Source: Candidatus Woykebacteria bacterium (GTDB lineage: Bacteria; Patescibacteriota; Microgenomatia; Woykebacterales; RBG-16-39-9b). From it: a DNA stretch of 64,000 bases. The notes under the pieces were generated by a model. The model was given only the letters and a program-made list of their open reading frames with translations. It made no database searches and had not been told where the DNA came from. The translations under genes and the position numbers were made by a program. Positions 26,625 to 36,297 of this stretch are shown piece after piece. The stretch spans positions 270,313-334,312 of the forward strand of contig JBBDPM010000001.1 in assembly GCA_040876345.1 (NCBI GenBank), given 5' to 3'. Within the stretch, counting starts at the first letter, position 1. Each line of letters begins with the position of its first letter.

Positions 26625-27941
26625 ATGGCCAAATATGTTATTGAAGGTGGGGTTCCGCTTCACGGGAGAGTGAAAATCCCTGGCGCTAAAAATGCTGGGT
26701 TTAAAATGATGATTGCTTCCCTTCTTTCGGATGACCTTTCCACCCTAACTAATATCCCCTACATACGTGACGTTATCTCTATAAGTAAAATAATTGAATC
26801 TCTAGGAGCAAAGGTAGAGCGATCTGAAGACACGGTTCAGGTTAGCGGGGGAATTAAAAATTGGGAGGTTCCAGAAGAGCTGGGTTTAAAATCTCGGGCC
26901 TCTTTTATGTACTTGCCCATACTGCTCGCTCGTTTTAAAAAGGGAAAAGTGCCCCTCCCTGTTGGAGATCAAATAGGTGAGCGACCAATCAGTTGGTTTT
27001 TGGAGGGCTTACAAAAAATGGGGGCTGAGGTTGTACTTGAAGAAAAGTTAATCGAAGTATCGGCGCCTAGTGGTCTTTCAGGGGTTAATTTCACCTTTCC
27101 AAAAAACTCGCACACCGGAACAGAAGGATTAATTATGGCAGCGTGTCTCGCTAAAGGTAACACAAGGATAGAAAATGCAGCTACCGAGCCAGAAGTTGAT
27201 GATCTAATCGCATTTTTGAATAAAATGGGTGCGAAAATTAAAAGAGTCGAGAATAAAATAATCGAAATTAATGGCATAGAATCCCTAAAAGGAGCAACCC
27301 ACTCGGTTATGCCGGATAGAAACGAGGCTGTTACATTTGGTTGCATGGCTCTTGGTACAAGAGGCGAGGTGGAAATCGAAGGGGTGAGAGTAGCCGATAT
27401 TGGATCATTTCTGAAAGAGACTAGTGAAGCAAGAGGCGTGTTCGAAAATACAGAGGGGTTACTGACGATTTCATATCAAGAAGATCTAAAACCCACTTTT
27501 ATTAAAACCACTCCTCACCCTGGATTCATGACCGATTGGCAAAGCATTTGGTGCGCTCTTATGACCCAAGCTCTGGGAGAGTCCATAATTCATGAGACAA
27601 TTTTTGAAAACAGATTTAGTTATGCGCCGTATTTACAGAAAATGGGAGCTAAAATAGAGCTTTTTGAGCCCAAAGTGGAGAACCCCGACGAATTTTATAA
27701 TTTTGAATGGAACGAAGAGTCAAAGAGATACCCTCACGCTGTAAAAGTCTTAGGTCCTACAAAACTTGCGCCAACAAAACTTGAGGTAGCCGATATACGA
27801 GCCGGTGCAACGCTTGTTTTTGCTGCTTTAATGGCCGAGGGAAAAAGCGAAATTGAAGGTGTGGAGCATATCGAAAGAGGTTATGAAGATCTTGATGGTA
27901 GGCTAGAAAATCTAGGTGCTAAAATAACAAAGGTGGATTAA
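26625..27941 (+). CDS. murA: UDP-N-acetylglucosamine 1-carboxyvinyltransferase
   Basis: EPSP-synthase fold, KIPGAKNAGFKMMIASLL, catalytic-Cys loop region. Confidence 0.9.
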   Translation: MAKYVIEGGVPLHGRVKIPGAKNAGFKMMIASLLSDDLSTLTNIPYIRDVISISKIIESLGAKVERSEDTVQVSGGIKNWEVPEELGLKSRASFMYLPILLARFKKGKVPLPVGDQIGERPISWFLEGLQKMGAEVVLEEKLIEVSAPSGLSGVNFTFPKNSHTGTEGLIMAACLAKGNTRIENAATEPEVDDLIAFLNKMGAKIKRVENKIIEINGIESLKGATHSVMPDRNEAVTFGCMALGTRGEVEIEGVRVADIGSFLKETSEARGVFENTEGLLTISYQEDLKPTFIKTTPHPGFMTDWQSIWCALMTQALGESIIHETIFENRFSYAPYLQKMGAKIELFEPKVENPDEFYNFEWNEESKRYPHAVKVLGPTKLAPTKLEVADIRAGATLVFAALMAEGKSEIEGVEHIERGYEDLDGRLENLGAKITKVD

Positions 27942-27943
27942 AT

Positions 27944-29062
27944 ATGGCAATCGAAAGGCTTGCTTGGTGTAAAATTTCAAAAAAGGCAATTGAGCACAAC
28001 ATTGGGCAGATACAAAAATTTGTCGGAAAAGATGTTGGCATAATGGCAGTGGTGAAAGGTAATGCTTATGGACATGGTGCGATAGAGGTCTCGAAGATTG
28101 CATTGGAGTCTGGAGTAAAATGCCTAGGAGTGTCGTCTTTTTACGAAGCTAAGAGACTTCGCGAATCAGGTATTAAGGATCAAATTGTAATTCTAGGTTT
28201 TACTCCAACGGAGAATTATTACGATATGGTTGAAAACGATATTACTGTAACTATTCGTAGTTTAGATGTCGCCCACTCCTTAGTGACGGCAGCAAGAAGG
28301 TTAAATAAAATTGCAAGGGTTTGGATAAAGGTTAACACTGGTCTAAACCGGCTAGGGCTTAAACCTGGAGAAGTATTGTTCTTTGCAAAGAAGCTTCAAG
28401 ATTTGCCAAACCTTGAAGTTGAAGGTATTTTTACGCATTTTGCGGGAGATGATGAAGATACAGAAGCTACCTTCACAAAGCAACAACTTCACGTGTTCAA
28501 TAAAGTTTTAGACGAACTAAAAAAGGAAAAAATTGAAATATCAATCAAATCGGCCGCAAACACAGCGGCTATTTTTTCTGTGCCAGAAAGTCATTTTGAT
28601 ATGGTTCGAGCCGGGATTGGGCTTTGGGGATTTGACACCTCAGGGTTAGGTAAAGTGAGACTTGAAAAAGCACTTACTTTCAAGACAGAAATCGTCCAAA
28701 TTACCGAAATCCAGGTGGGAGAAACAGTTGGTTACAGCCGGACTTTCAAAGCAACTAGGCCAACAACAGTAGCCACAATTGCGGTTGGCTATGCAGATGG
28801 TTTTCGCAGAGCCCCAAAAAATTGGGGTGAGGTGCTAATTGCTGGGCAAAAAGCACCTTTAGTGGGTCGTGTCTCCATGGATCAGGCTGCAGTTGACATA
28901 ACGGACCTAGAAGGTGATATTCGGCGTGGTGTAGAGGTAATTTTAGTTGGAAAAAGCAGGGATTTAGAGCTTTCAGCTGATGATGTGGCCGAGAAGCTTG
29001 GAACAAGTCCATACGAAGTTTTAACCAGTATTTCTGCAAGAGTGAGTCGATTTTATGTCTAA
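27944..29062 (+). CDS. alr: alanine racemase
   Basis: VVKGNAYGHG PLP-lysine motif; C-terminal beta domain. Confidence 0.85.
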   Translation: MAIERLAWCKISKKAIEHNIGQIQKFVGKDVGIMAVVKGNAYGHGAIEVSKIALESGVKCLGVSSFYEAKRLRESGIKDQIVILGFTPTENYYDMVENDITVTIRSLDVAHSLVTAARRLNKIARVWIKVNTGLNRLGLKPGEVLFFAKKLQDLPNLEVEGIFTHFAGDDEDTEATFTKQQLHVFNKVLDELKKEKIEISIKSAANTAAIFSVPESHFDMVRAGIGLWGFDTSGLGKVRLEKALTFKTEIVQITEIQVGETVGYSRTFKATRPTTVATIAVGYADGFRRAPKNWGEVLIAGQKAPLVGRVSMDQAAVDITDLEGDIRRGVEVILVGKSRDLELSADDVAEKLGTSPYEVLTSISARVSRFYV

Positions 29063-30080
29063 AAAATTAAAGTTGGCAATAATTTTTGGAGGAAAGAGTG
29101 GGGAGCATGAAATATCGATAGTTTCAGCTCGGTCCATCATCAAAGAAGTCGATAAGGTAAAGTACGAGGTTAAGGAAATTTTAATAACTAAAAAAGGCGG
29201 TTGGCTGGTGAGTGGTAAAGCCTGCTCTATCTCGGAAGCACTAGACGGAGTAGATGTAGCCTTTCCAGTTTTGCACGGGCCTTACGGAGAAGATGGAACT
29301 ATCCAAGGGTTGTTCGAAATTGTTGGCGTTCCTTATGTTGGCTCTGGTGTTTTAGCTTCGGCTGTAGCCATGGATAAAGCCCTTGCGAAGGATTTATTCA
29401 AAGCAAATAGCCTTCCAGTGGTAGATAGTTTTGTTGTTAAAAAGCTTCACTGGGGAAAAGAAGAAAATTCCATAGTCAATAAAATAGAGGAAAAAATTGG
29501 ATTTCCTAGCTTTGTAAAGCCTGCAAATTTAGGATCAAGCGTGGGAGTCTCAAAAGTTAAAAAGAAAGACGATCTAAACAAAGCTATTGAGGAAGCGTTT
29601 GAATATGATAACAAAGTTTTGGTTGAAAAAGCAGTCCAAAACGCCCGGGAGATTGAGGTGGCCGTGCTGGGCAATGAAAGCCCTATACCATCCGTCTGTG
29701 GGGAAATAGTCCCTTCACAAGAATTTTATTCGTATGAGGCAAAATACGTTGATGAAAGTTCGGAATTAATAATTCCGGCCAAGATCACTGAAAAATTGTC
29801 CAAAGAAATTAGAAGTTTAGCAATTATGGCTTATAAAGCGGTTGATGGGTCTGGGATGGCCAGGGTTGATTTCCTGTTTGATGATAAATCTGAGAATATA
29901 TATTTGAATGAAATTAACACAATTCCTGGATTTACCTCAATTAGCATGTACCCAAAGCTTTGGGAGAAGTCTGGGCTACCCTACCCGAAATTAATTAACA
30001 GGCTGATCCAACTTGGTATAGATAGATTCAATAGTAAAAATTCCCTGAGGGTTGACTACCCGTCTAAAATTAATCCTTAG
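29055..30080 (+). CDS. ddl: D-alanine--D-alanine ligase
   Basis: LAIIFGGKSGEHEIS, ATP-grasp, FVKPANLGSSVG, EINTIPGFT. Confidence 0.9.
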   Translation: MSKKLKLAIIFGGKSGEHEISIVSARSIIKEVDKVKYEVKEILITKKGGWLVSGKACSISEALDGVDVAFPVLHGPYGEDGTIQGLFEIVGVPYVGSGVLASAVAMDKALAKDLFKANSLPVVDSFVVKKLHWGKEENSIVNKIEEKIGFPSFVKPANLGSSVGVSKVKKKDDLNKAIEEAFEYDNKVLVEKAVQNAREIEVAVLGNESPIPSVCGEIVPSQEFYSYEAKYVDESSELIIPAKITEKLSKEIRSLAIMAYKAVDGSGMARVDFLFDDKSENIYLNEINTIPGFTSISMYPKLWEKSGLPYPKLINRLIQLGIDRFNSKNSLRVDYPSKINP

Positions 30081-31280
30081 ATGAAAATAAAAAAATTTAT
30101 TGCCCCGCCATTTCATTTTTCAAGAAGAGTTATAGCAAAACTTTGGATTATTGCTCATCCAAAAGCTACTATTATTGGTGTTACTGGAAGCTACGGCAAA
30201 ACAAATACCACTATGGCAATAGCCTATGTATTGGGGGCCAAGTTCAAAACTATAGTTACCGATGTCAATCTTGATACGCTCCACAATATTCCAATTACTA
30301 TTCTGCATCTTGGGGATCACGAGAAATTAGTTTTGGAGTATGGGGTTGATCATCCAGGGGAGATGAGTACCCATCTTTTTACAACTAAGCCAAAAGTCGC
30401 AATTGTCACTGGTATTTCTCCAGTGCATGCGGACAAAGAACATTTTGGAAGCTTGGAGAAGATTATTGCGGAGAAAGCAAAGCTTGTTTCAGCACTGCCG
30501 AGGAAAGGTTTCGCAATTCTCAACTGGGATGATCAAAATGTACGTCGTATGTCTCAAGCAACCAAGGCACAGGTTATTTTTTACGGAACAGATCCGACAA
30601 ACTGCAGCCTTTGGGCAGATAGGGTAAAGGTAAGCTTCAAAGGAACAGAGTTTTATTTGCATGTTCAAGGAGAGCAAATAAAAATTAAAACTCAATTAGT
30701 CGGCCGCCACTATATCTACAATTTAATGGCAGCAGCAGCCGTTGCACTTACCCAAAAAATGACTCTCAAGGAAATAGCATCCGCCATTGAAAATCTGAAA
30801 CCACTTCCAGGCCGGCTTAGTGTTGAGCCCGGGCCAAAAAATACAGTTATATTGAATGATTCACGCAGGGCCAATCCTGCTTCTACAATTGCTGGGCTGC
30901 AAACCCTGGATGACCTTATTGCAAAGAGAAAAATTGCGGTAATTGGGGAGATGGGGGAGTTGGGTCAGTACGATGAGGAGGGTCACAGAGAGGTTGGTAA
31001 GTTTACTAAAAATATAAAGATTGATTATTTGGTGGGAATTGGTCCCTCCACCAAATATATAATTGATGAGGCAAAGAAATCGATGAGGAAGGGAAGGGCG
31101 ATCCATACAAAAGATGTTTTTGAAGCTGCTGGAGTACTAGGAACAATTCTTCAAAAAGGGGATCTTTGGTATCTTAAGGGATCATTGCTCAAGCATGTGG
31201 AGCGGATTATTTTACTGCTTGAGGGAAAAGACGTAGATTCTGATGAGACAGCCTTCCACCGCTATGAAGTCTACCGTTGA
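30081..31280 (+). CDS. murF: UDP-MurNAc-tripeptide--D-alanyl-D-alanine ligase (MurF), lacking the usual N-terminal domain
   Basis: IGVTGSYGKTNT P-loop, Mur ligase C domain; follows ddl; 399 aa. Confidence 0.7.
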   Translation: MKIKKFIAPPFHFSRRVIAKLWIIAHPKATIIGVTGSYGKTNTTMAIAYVLGAKFKTIVTDVNLDTLHNIPITILHLGDHEKLVLEYGVDHPGEMSTHLFTTKPKVAIVTGISPVHADKEHFGSLEKIIAEKAKLVSALPRKGFAILNWDDQNVRRMSQATKAQVIFYGTDPTNCSLWADRVKVSFKGTEFYLHVQGEQIKIKTQLVGRHYIYNLMAAAAVALTQKMTLKEIASAIENLKPLPGRLSVEPGPKNTVILNDSRRANPASTIAGLQTLDDLIAKRKIAVIGEMGELGQYDEEGHREVGKFTKNIKIDYLVGIGPSTKYIIDEAKKSMRKGRAIHTKDVFEAAGVLGTILQKGDLWYLKGSLLKHVERIILLLEGKDVDSDETAFHRYEVYR

Positions 31281-31282
31281 TA

Positions 31283-32050
31283 CTAGTCGAGGAATTTGAG
31301 GGTTGATACTATGGAATCTAGAGCTGGTTCAAACTGACCCCTAACAAAATATGCTGTGAAAATGAAAACAGTAGTTTTGTTTGCTTCAATATAGATAGAT
31401 ACTGTCCTAAGTTCTTTTAAATAACCTTGATAACTTATATTTTTATAAACAGTAAAATTCCCCAGTTTCTTTGATTCCAAGTCTTCATACGACGAAGGAG
31501 GACAGCAATCTGATCTATTTGATAAGGCAAAATTTTTAAGATTATTATCACCTTTCTTTAAAACCTTGTTGATAGCAATTTTATACTATCCTTCCCTTCA
31601 ATTAATTCTCTTCCAGCAGCATTTTCTGGGTCGTAATTAGTAATATTTGCTGTAGCTTGTCTGTCATAAGCTGTTTTCCCAGACCAACTTTTTGCAGATT
31701 CAATAAACCATTTATTTGGGTACCTCAACTCAAACCCTAGAACTATATCTTTATAAGTCTTCCACCCAGTAGTCTCGTCTTTTTTGGCAGAAGGTGTGGA
31801 AGAGGGTGTAGCTTTTTTCGCGGTCGGGGTAGAGACTTTGATTGGGGTTTGGTCGACAGGTTATGTTGACTTACCTAACACAAAATACCAAAGCCCACCT
31901 CCGATTAATCCGGTAATTATAACTACAACAATTACTATAATAATTATTTTTGACCAAGAAAGTCCTTTCGAAGTCGATACAACTTGGGGAGTTGGTGTCG
32001 AAGGTTAAATCTGTGGTTGTGTTTGAACAGGATCTTCAGGCACTAATTTA
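31283..32050 (-). pseudogene. decayed copy of the STFKFLD paralog family (in-frame TAA near N-term, stop after TM, -1 frameshift mid-gene)
   Basis: minus-strand translation gives ...PEDPVQTQPQI*PSTPTPQVVSTSKGLSWSKIIIIVIVVVIITGLIGGGLWYFVLGKST*PVDQTPIKVSTPTAKKAT...WKTYKDIVLGFELRYPNKW...(frameshift)...FEPALDSIVSTLKFLD*; track ORFs 31283-31480(-) and antisense 31784-32008(+) are fragments/shadows of it. Confidence 0.55.
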
Positions 32051-32124
32051 TCAAATGTAAACTTAGTATTGTCGAGCTCGAGCGTTTGCTTGCAAGGCTG
32101 AAGAGTGATAAAATAAGCTTCAAT

Positions 32125-33159
32125 ATGGCTGATATTTTGGGGGTTTTGCTTTTCTCTTTTGGAGTTACTTTTCTGGCTGCAATTCCCTTTATAAACTTAC
32201 TTTACAGGCTAAAATTCCAACGTCAGAGAGAGCAACAAAAGGATATTTTTGGGGTAATCACTTCAATTGTCAACCGCTTGCACGGTTGGAAAGTTGGCAC
32301 ACCAAATGCAGGTGGAGTTTTGATAATTATCGTGAGTATCGTTCTTTCTGCAGTTTTTTATAAATTAGTGCCAGGTTATGATATTCGGACCAAGCTTCAT
32401 GGAGTGAATTGGGCGGCAGTGAGTCTTTATCTTACTTTAATTTTATTTGGAGCCCTTGGTCTTTATGATGATCTTCGGAAATTTTACGGGTTTGGTTTGG
32501 AAGGGGTTTGGGGTCTTAGGCTTAGGTACAAATTTATTTTGCAGTGGGCTTTTGCGTTATTCATAGGCTGGATTTTATACTCGAAGCTTGGGTTTTCCAG
32601 CATTCACGTACCAGTTGTTGACTCGGACTTGAATTTAGGTGCTTGGTATATTCTGTTTTCTGCTTTTGTAATTGTGGCTACAAGTAATGCTGTTAATATC
32701 ACTGATGGTCTGGATGGACTCGCCACTGGCCTTACAATTATCACCCTTTCTGCTTTTTGGGTTTTGGCCAGCTTTTCTGGACAGCTAGATACTGTTTTGT
32801 TTATTGCGGTGATGATGGGCTCCCTCCTGGCTTTTCTCTACTTTAACATCTTTCCTGCCAGAGTCTGGCTGGGGGATACAGGCGCACTGGCCCTTGGAGC
32901 AATGATTGCCGTAATTGCCCTTGTGTTAAATGCGTCTTTAGTACTTCCTTTTATTGGCCTTGTATTTCTTGTCGAGACCCTTTCTTCTTTACTTCAGTGG
33001 TTGTCAAAGGCCATAAGAGGCGGGAAGAAAATATTTTTGTCTGCACCAGTTCACCATCATTTTGAAGCAAAGGGGTGGGATGAGACCAAAGTCACAATGC
33101 GGTTTTGGCTTGCTGGGGCAGTAAGCGCATTTATCGGCCTTTTCCTTGCCTTTGTGTAA
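32125..33159 (+). CDS. mraY: phospho-N-acetylmuramoyl-pentapeptide transferase
   Basis: polytopic, NAVNITDGLDGLA and VHHHFE motifs; start set to ATG 32125. Confidence 0.9.
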   Translation: MADILGVLLFSFGVTFLAAIPFINLLYRLKFQRQREQQKDIFGVITSIVNRLHGWKVGTPNAGGVLIIIVSIVLSAVFYKLVPGYDIRTKLHGVNWAAVSLYLTLILFGALGLYDDLRKFYGFGLEGVWGLRLRYKFILQWAFALFIGWILYSKLGFSSIHVPVVDSDLNLGAWYILFSAFVIVATSNAVNITDGLDGLATGLTIITLSAFWVLASFSGQLDTVLFIAVMMGSLLAFLYFNIFPARVWLGDTGALALGAMIAVIALVLNASLVLPFIGLVFLVETLSSLLQWLSKAIRGGKKIFLSAPVHHHFEAKGWDETKVTMRFWLAGAVSAFIGLFLAFV

Positions 33160-33162
33160 TTC

Positions 33163-33894
33163 ATGATAAAGCTAGATAGGGGCTTTTACACTTTTAAAAC
33201 CTTTTCTTTATACCCTAAACTTTTAGGTATCGTCACAACAAAACTTGCCGGGAACTTCAAGAGTCTTAAAAACAACGATACTAGGCCACTTTTTATTTTG
33301 GAACAGTTAGGAATCGATCACCGTAAAGTCGTCCAAGCCCAGCAGATTCACAGTGGTAATGTAGCTTGGGCTCATGATTATAATGCGGCTAGCACTATGC
33401 AAGGGTATGATGGTCTAATAACTAGTGAAAGAAACCTTTTTTTAACAGTTCTTGTAGCAGATTGTGTTCCGATTTTATTCTTTGACCCGGTCCAGAATTT
33501 TATTGCAGTTGCTCACAGCGGCTGGCGTGGTGCTTTGCAAAAGATAAGCCTTGCGGTTGCCGAGGAATTTACAAAATTTGGCTCTAATAAAGAAAATATT
33601 TTGGTTGCGGCCGGACCCTCTATAGGCAACTGCCATTACGATATTGACTCCTCTCGCGCGCAACTCTTTGATCTCTCTTTTGGTAAAGATAAAGTCACAA
33701 GAGAAGAGAAGGGAAAGATTTATTTAGATTTGGTAGCGGCTGCAACTAACCCCTTATTGGAATTTGGAATTCCGGAGAAAAATATTGAAGTATCTGGAGT
33801 TTGTACTGCGGAAAGCAGTGAATTTTATTCTTATCGAAGGGAAAAAGAAAGTGGGGGAAGATTTGCCGCTATAATTGGAATGAAGAATGAATAG
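33163..33894 (+). CDS. pgeF: peptidoglycan editing factor PgeF / YfiH (DUF152) family protein
   Basis: ADCVPILFFDP...AVAHSGWRG...CTAE motifs of YfiH/PgeF family; sits between mraY and murD. Confidence 0.7.
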   Translation: MIKLDRGFYTFKTFSLYPKLLGIVTTKLAGNFKSLKNNDTRPLFILEQLGIDHRKVVQAQQIHSGNVAWAHDYNAASTMQGYDGLITSERNLFLTVLVADCVPILFFDPVQNFIAVAHSGWRGALQKISLAVAEEFTKFGSNKENILVAAGPSIGNCHYDIDSSRAQLFDLSFGKDKVTREEKGKIYLDLVAAATNPLLEFGIPEKNIEVSGVCTAESSEFYSYRREKESGGRFAAIIGMKNE

Positions 33895-35269
33895 TTTAGG
33901 AGCTAATTTTGAAGGTAAAAAAGTTGCAATTTTGGGCCTTGGAGTTGAAGGTCTCTCCTCCTTGAAATTTTTTGCAAAAACCAAGGCTGAAATTTCTGTT
34001 CGTGATCAAAAAGAACAAAAAGATTTTGACCCCGCTTTATTAGCCCAGGTAAAAAACTACACCCAAGATTATGTTTTTGGTGCAAATTACCTTTCAAATA
34101 TTTCTGGATTTGATGTAATCGTACGCTCCCCTGCTCTTCGACCAGATTTACCTGAAATCTTAAAAGCTACAACTTCCGGCGCTCGGTTAACCAGCAACCT
34201 GAAACTTTTTTTTGATTTTTGCAAAGGTAAAATAATTGGAGTTACTGGCACAAAAGGTAAGGGAACCACTTCTACTCTAATCTTTGAGATGTTAAAAAAG
34301 GCTGGAAAAAAGGTTTTTATCGGTGGAAATATCGGCACAGCCCCACTCGATTTTCTAGAGGATGTTACGGAAGATTCTTGGGTAGTCTTAGAAATATCAA
34401 GCTTTCAACTCATTGACATGCAGACAAGCCCTTATATTGCGGTGGTCCTCATGATCGCAAGTGAGCACCTAGATTGGCATAAAAGTACTGAAGAGTATAT
34501 CAAAGCTAAGACTAGTATTGTATCGCATCAAACCGAGCAAGATTTTGTGGTTATAAACGTGGACCATCCAATTTCTGAAGGCTTTGCAAAGCTATCCAAA
34601 GCTAATAAAGCGTTTGTCAGTTTATTTAAAGAGCAAAACCCAGGGGTTTACTTGAAGAATGAAGTGGTGACACGATCCTTCGAAGGAAAAGTCGAAGAAA
34701 TATTACCAATAAAGGAGGTTTTTTTGCGAGGGAGACATAATTTAGAAAATATTACCACCGCCGCGGCTGTCTCGTCACTTGCGGGAGTTTCAGTCCAAGA
34801 TATTGCGTCAGTTGCTCGGGAGTTTAAAGGTCTCCCACATCGCCTTGAATTTGTTCGGGAAGTAAGTGGCGTAAAATATTACGATGATTCTTTCTCCACT
34901 ACACCAGAGACTGCAATTGCTGCTATTCGAAGCTTTAGCGAGCCTTTAGTAATTATTTTAGGAGGTAGTGAGAAAGGATCTGATTATACGGATTTGGGCT
35001 CGGTTGTAAGAAGCGCAAAAAACATTAAAGGGGTTATTTTAATTGGGGAGACAGCCGACAAAATCGAGAGTGAAATTACCAGTATTAGTGGGTTTGGCGG
35101 AAAAATAATCAAAGGGCCCAGGACTACGCAAGAAATAATTACCACCGCAAAATCTTTAACCCAGCCAGGCGATATAGTCCTTCTTTCCCCCGCTTGTGCT
35201 AGTTTTGGGCTCTTCGTAAATTATAAGGACCGCGGAGATCAGTTTAAAGAAGTCGTGAATAGAATTTAA
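33887..35269 (+). CDS. murD: UDP-N-acetylmuramoylalanine--D-glutamate ligase
   Basis: VAILGLGVEG Rossmann N-term, GVTGTKGKGTT P-loop. Confidence 0.85.
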   Translation: MNSLGANFEGKKVAILGLGVEGLSSLKFFAKTKAEISVRDQKEQKDFDPALLAQVKNYTQDYVFGANYLSNISGFDVIVRSPALRPDLPEILKATTSGARLTSNLKLFFDFCKGKIIGVTGTKGKGTTSTLIFEMLKKAGKKVFIGGNIGTAPLDFLEDVTEDSWVVLEISSFQLIDMQTSPYIAVVLMIASEHLDWHKSTEEYIKAKTSIVSHQTEQDFVVINVDHPISEGFAKLSKANKAFVSLFKEQNPGVYLKNEVVTRSFEGKVEEILPIKEVFLRGRHNLENITTAAAVSSLAGVSVQDIASVAREFKGLPHRLEFVREVSGVKYYDDSFSTTPETAIAAIRSFSEPLVIILGGSEKGSDYTDLGSVVRSAKNIKGVILIGETADKIESEITSISGFGGKIIKGPRTTQEIITTAKSLTQPGDIVLLSPACASFGLFVNYKDRGDQFKEVVNRI

Positions 35270-35338
35270 TAGTTTAGCTTCCAACCTGCCTACCGGCAAG
35301 GCAGGGGCCTGGCCTTGGAACGTATATTTTAAATCTAT

Positions 35339-35362
35339 GTACAGTATACCAGTATACTGTAC
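35339..35362 (+). promoter_or_regulatory. perfect 10-bp inverted repeat GTACAGTATA-ccag-TATACTGTAC immediately upstream of the promoter of paralog 2
   Basis: exact palindrome seen in sequence; adjacent TTGACT (35366-35371) -35-like element. Confidence 0.3.
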
Positions 35363-35399
35363 TTTTTGACTTCGATATTACTTTTGTGGAACAATTAAA

Positions 35400-36125
35400 T
35401 TGATGGATAATCCTGTTCAGGCTAGCCAACCACAGTCAAATCAAACACCCTTAAGCCCAACTCAAGCGTCAGTAGCAAAACCAGTTTCTTGGCCAAAAAT
35501 TATTTTAACTGTTTTAGTTATTGCGATTGCTGTTGGATTATTAGGCGGTGGGCTCTGGTATTTTGTTCTAAATAAATCATCAGATACAGTTGACACAACC
35601 CCAATCAAAGTCTCTACCCCATCTGCAAAGAAAGCAACAGAATCTTCAAAAAAAGCCACCTCTTCTACCACAAAAGACGAAATATCTAATTGGGAAACTG
35701 ATGTTGAAAATTTCATGGGATTAAAGTTCAGCTTAAAGTACCCTGCTAAATTCACTATTTACAGGAGTCATAATGCAGATGCCGTTTATACGACCGACGA
35801 AGGTTCCGAGAAGTTTTATGTCGTGACAAACAGAAGTTCGCTCATAACGAATTATGAGAACGGTGATGTTAGCTTATCTGTTTATGTTGAAGATAATCCT
35901 GTCTTGGCTCAAGGGATTAAATATGTGGATGCGGAATTCGCTGGAGTGGAAGCCAAAATGGGTGAGGGAGAGAGTCAAGGCGGTGGAAAAGTAGAGTATT
36001 ACACTAACAACCAACCATCAGCCAAGGGTAAATATGTAACTTTCTCATGCCTTTTTTACCCCTCCACTGATTTAGACCTTAAGAAAATATGTGACTTGAT
36101 GGCCTCAAACTTCAAATTCCTCTGA
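35400..36125 (+). CDS. paralog-family member 2 (ends ...MASNFKFL)
   Basis: N-terminal 90 aa and underlying DNA (tcttcaaaaaaagccac(c/t)tcttct...) nearly identical to member 1; C-terminal FKFL motif. Confidence 0.5.
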   Translation: MMDNPVQASQPQSNQTPLSPTQASVAKPVSWPKIILTVLVIAIAVGLLGGGLWYFVLNKSSDTVDTTPIKVSTPSAKKATESSKKATSSTTKDEISNWETDVENFMGLKFSLKYPAKFTIYRSHNADAVYTTDEGSEKFYVVTNRSSLITNYENGDVSLSVYVEDNPVLAQGIKYVDAEFAGVEAKMGEGESQGGGKVEYYTNNQPSAKGKYVTFSCLFYPSTDLDLKKICDLMASNFKFL

Positions 36126-36297
36126 GTTTCGATCTTCGATAATCGATATTGGATCTTAGATATCATAAATCCTAAATCATACATCCCGCATCCAAAATCC
36201 AAATTGGATTAAGCTTATAACATATAGTATAATATTACTCATCCTTTAACCTGCCCACCCTTCGACTTCGCTCAGGGTCGGCACTTAATGTGCCAAG

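Noticed and set aside
31784-32008. ORF 31784-32008(+), a 74-aa PPP/TTTITIIII-rich peptide
   Set aside because: It is the antisense shadow of the decayed paralog pseudogene on the minus strand (the hydrophobic TM segment read backwards).
35462-35755. ORF 35462-35755(-)
   Set aside because: Antisense shadow of paralog 2 N-terminal region, the same pattern as 31784-32008.
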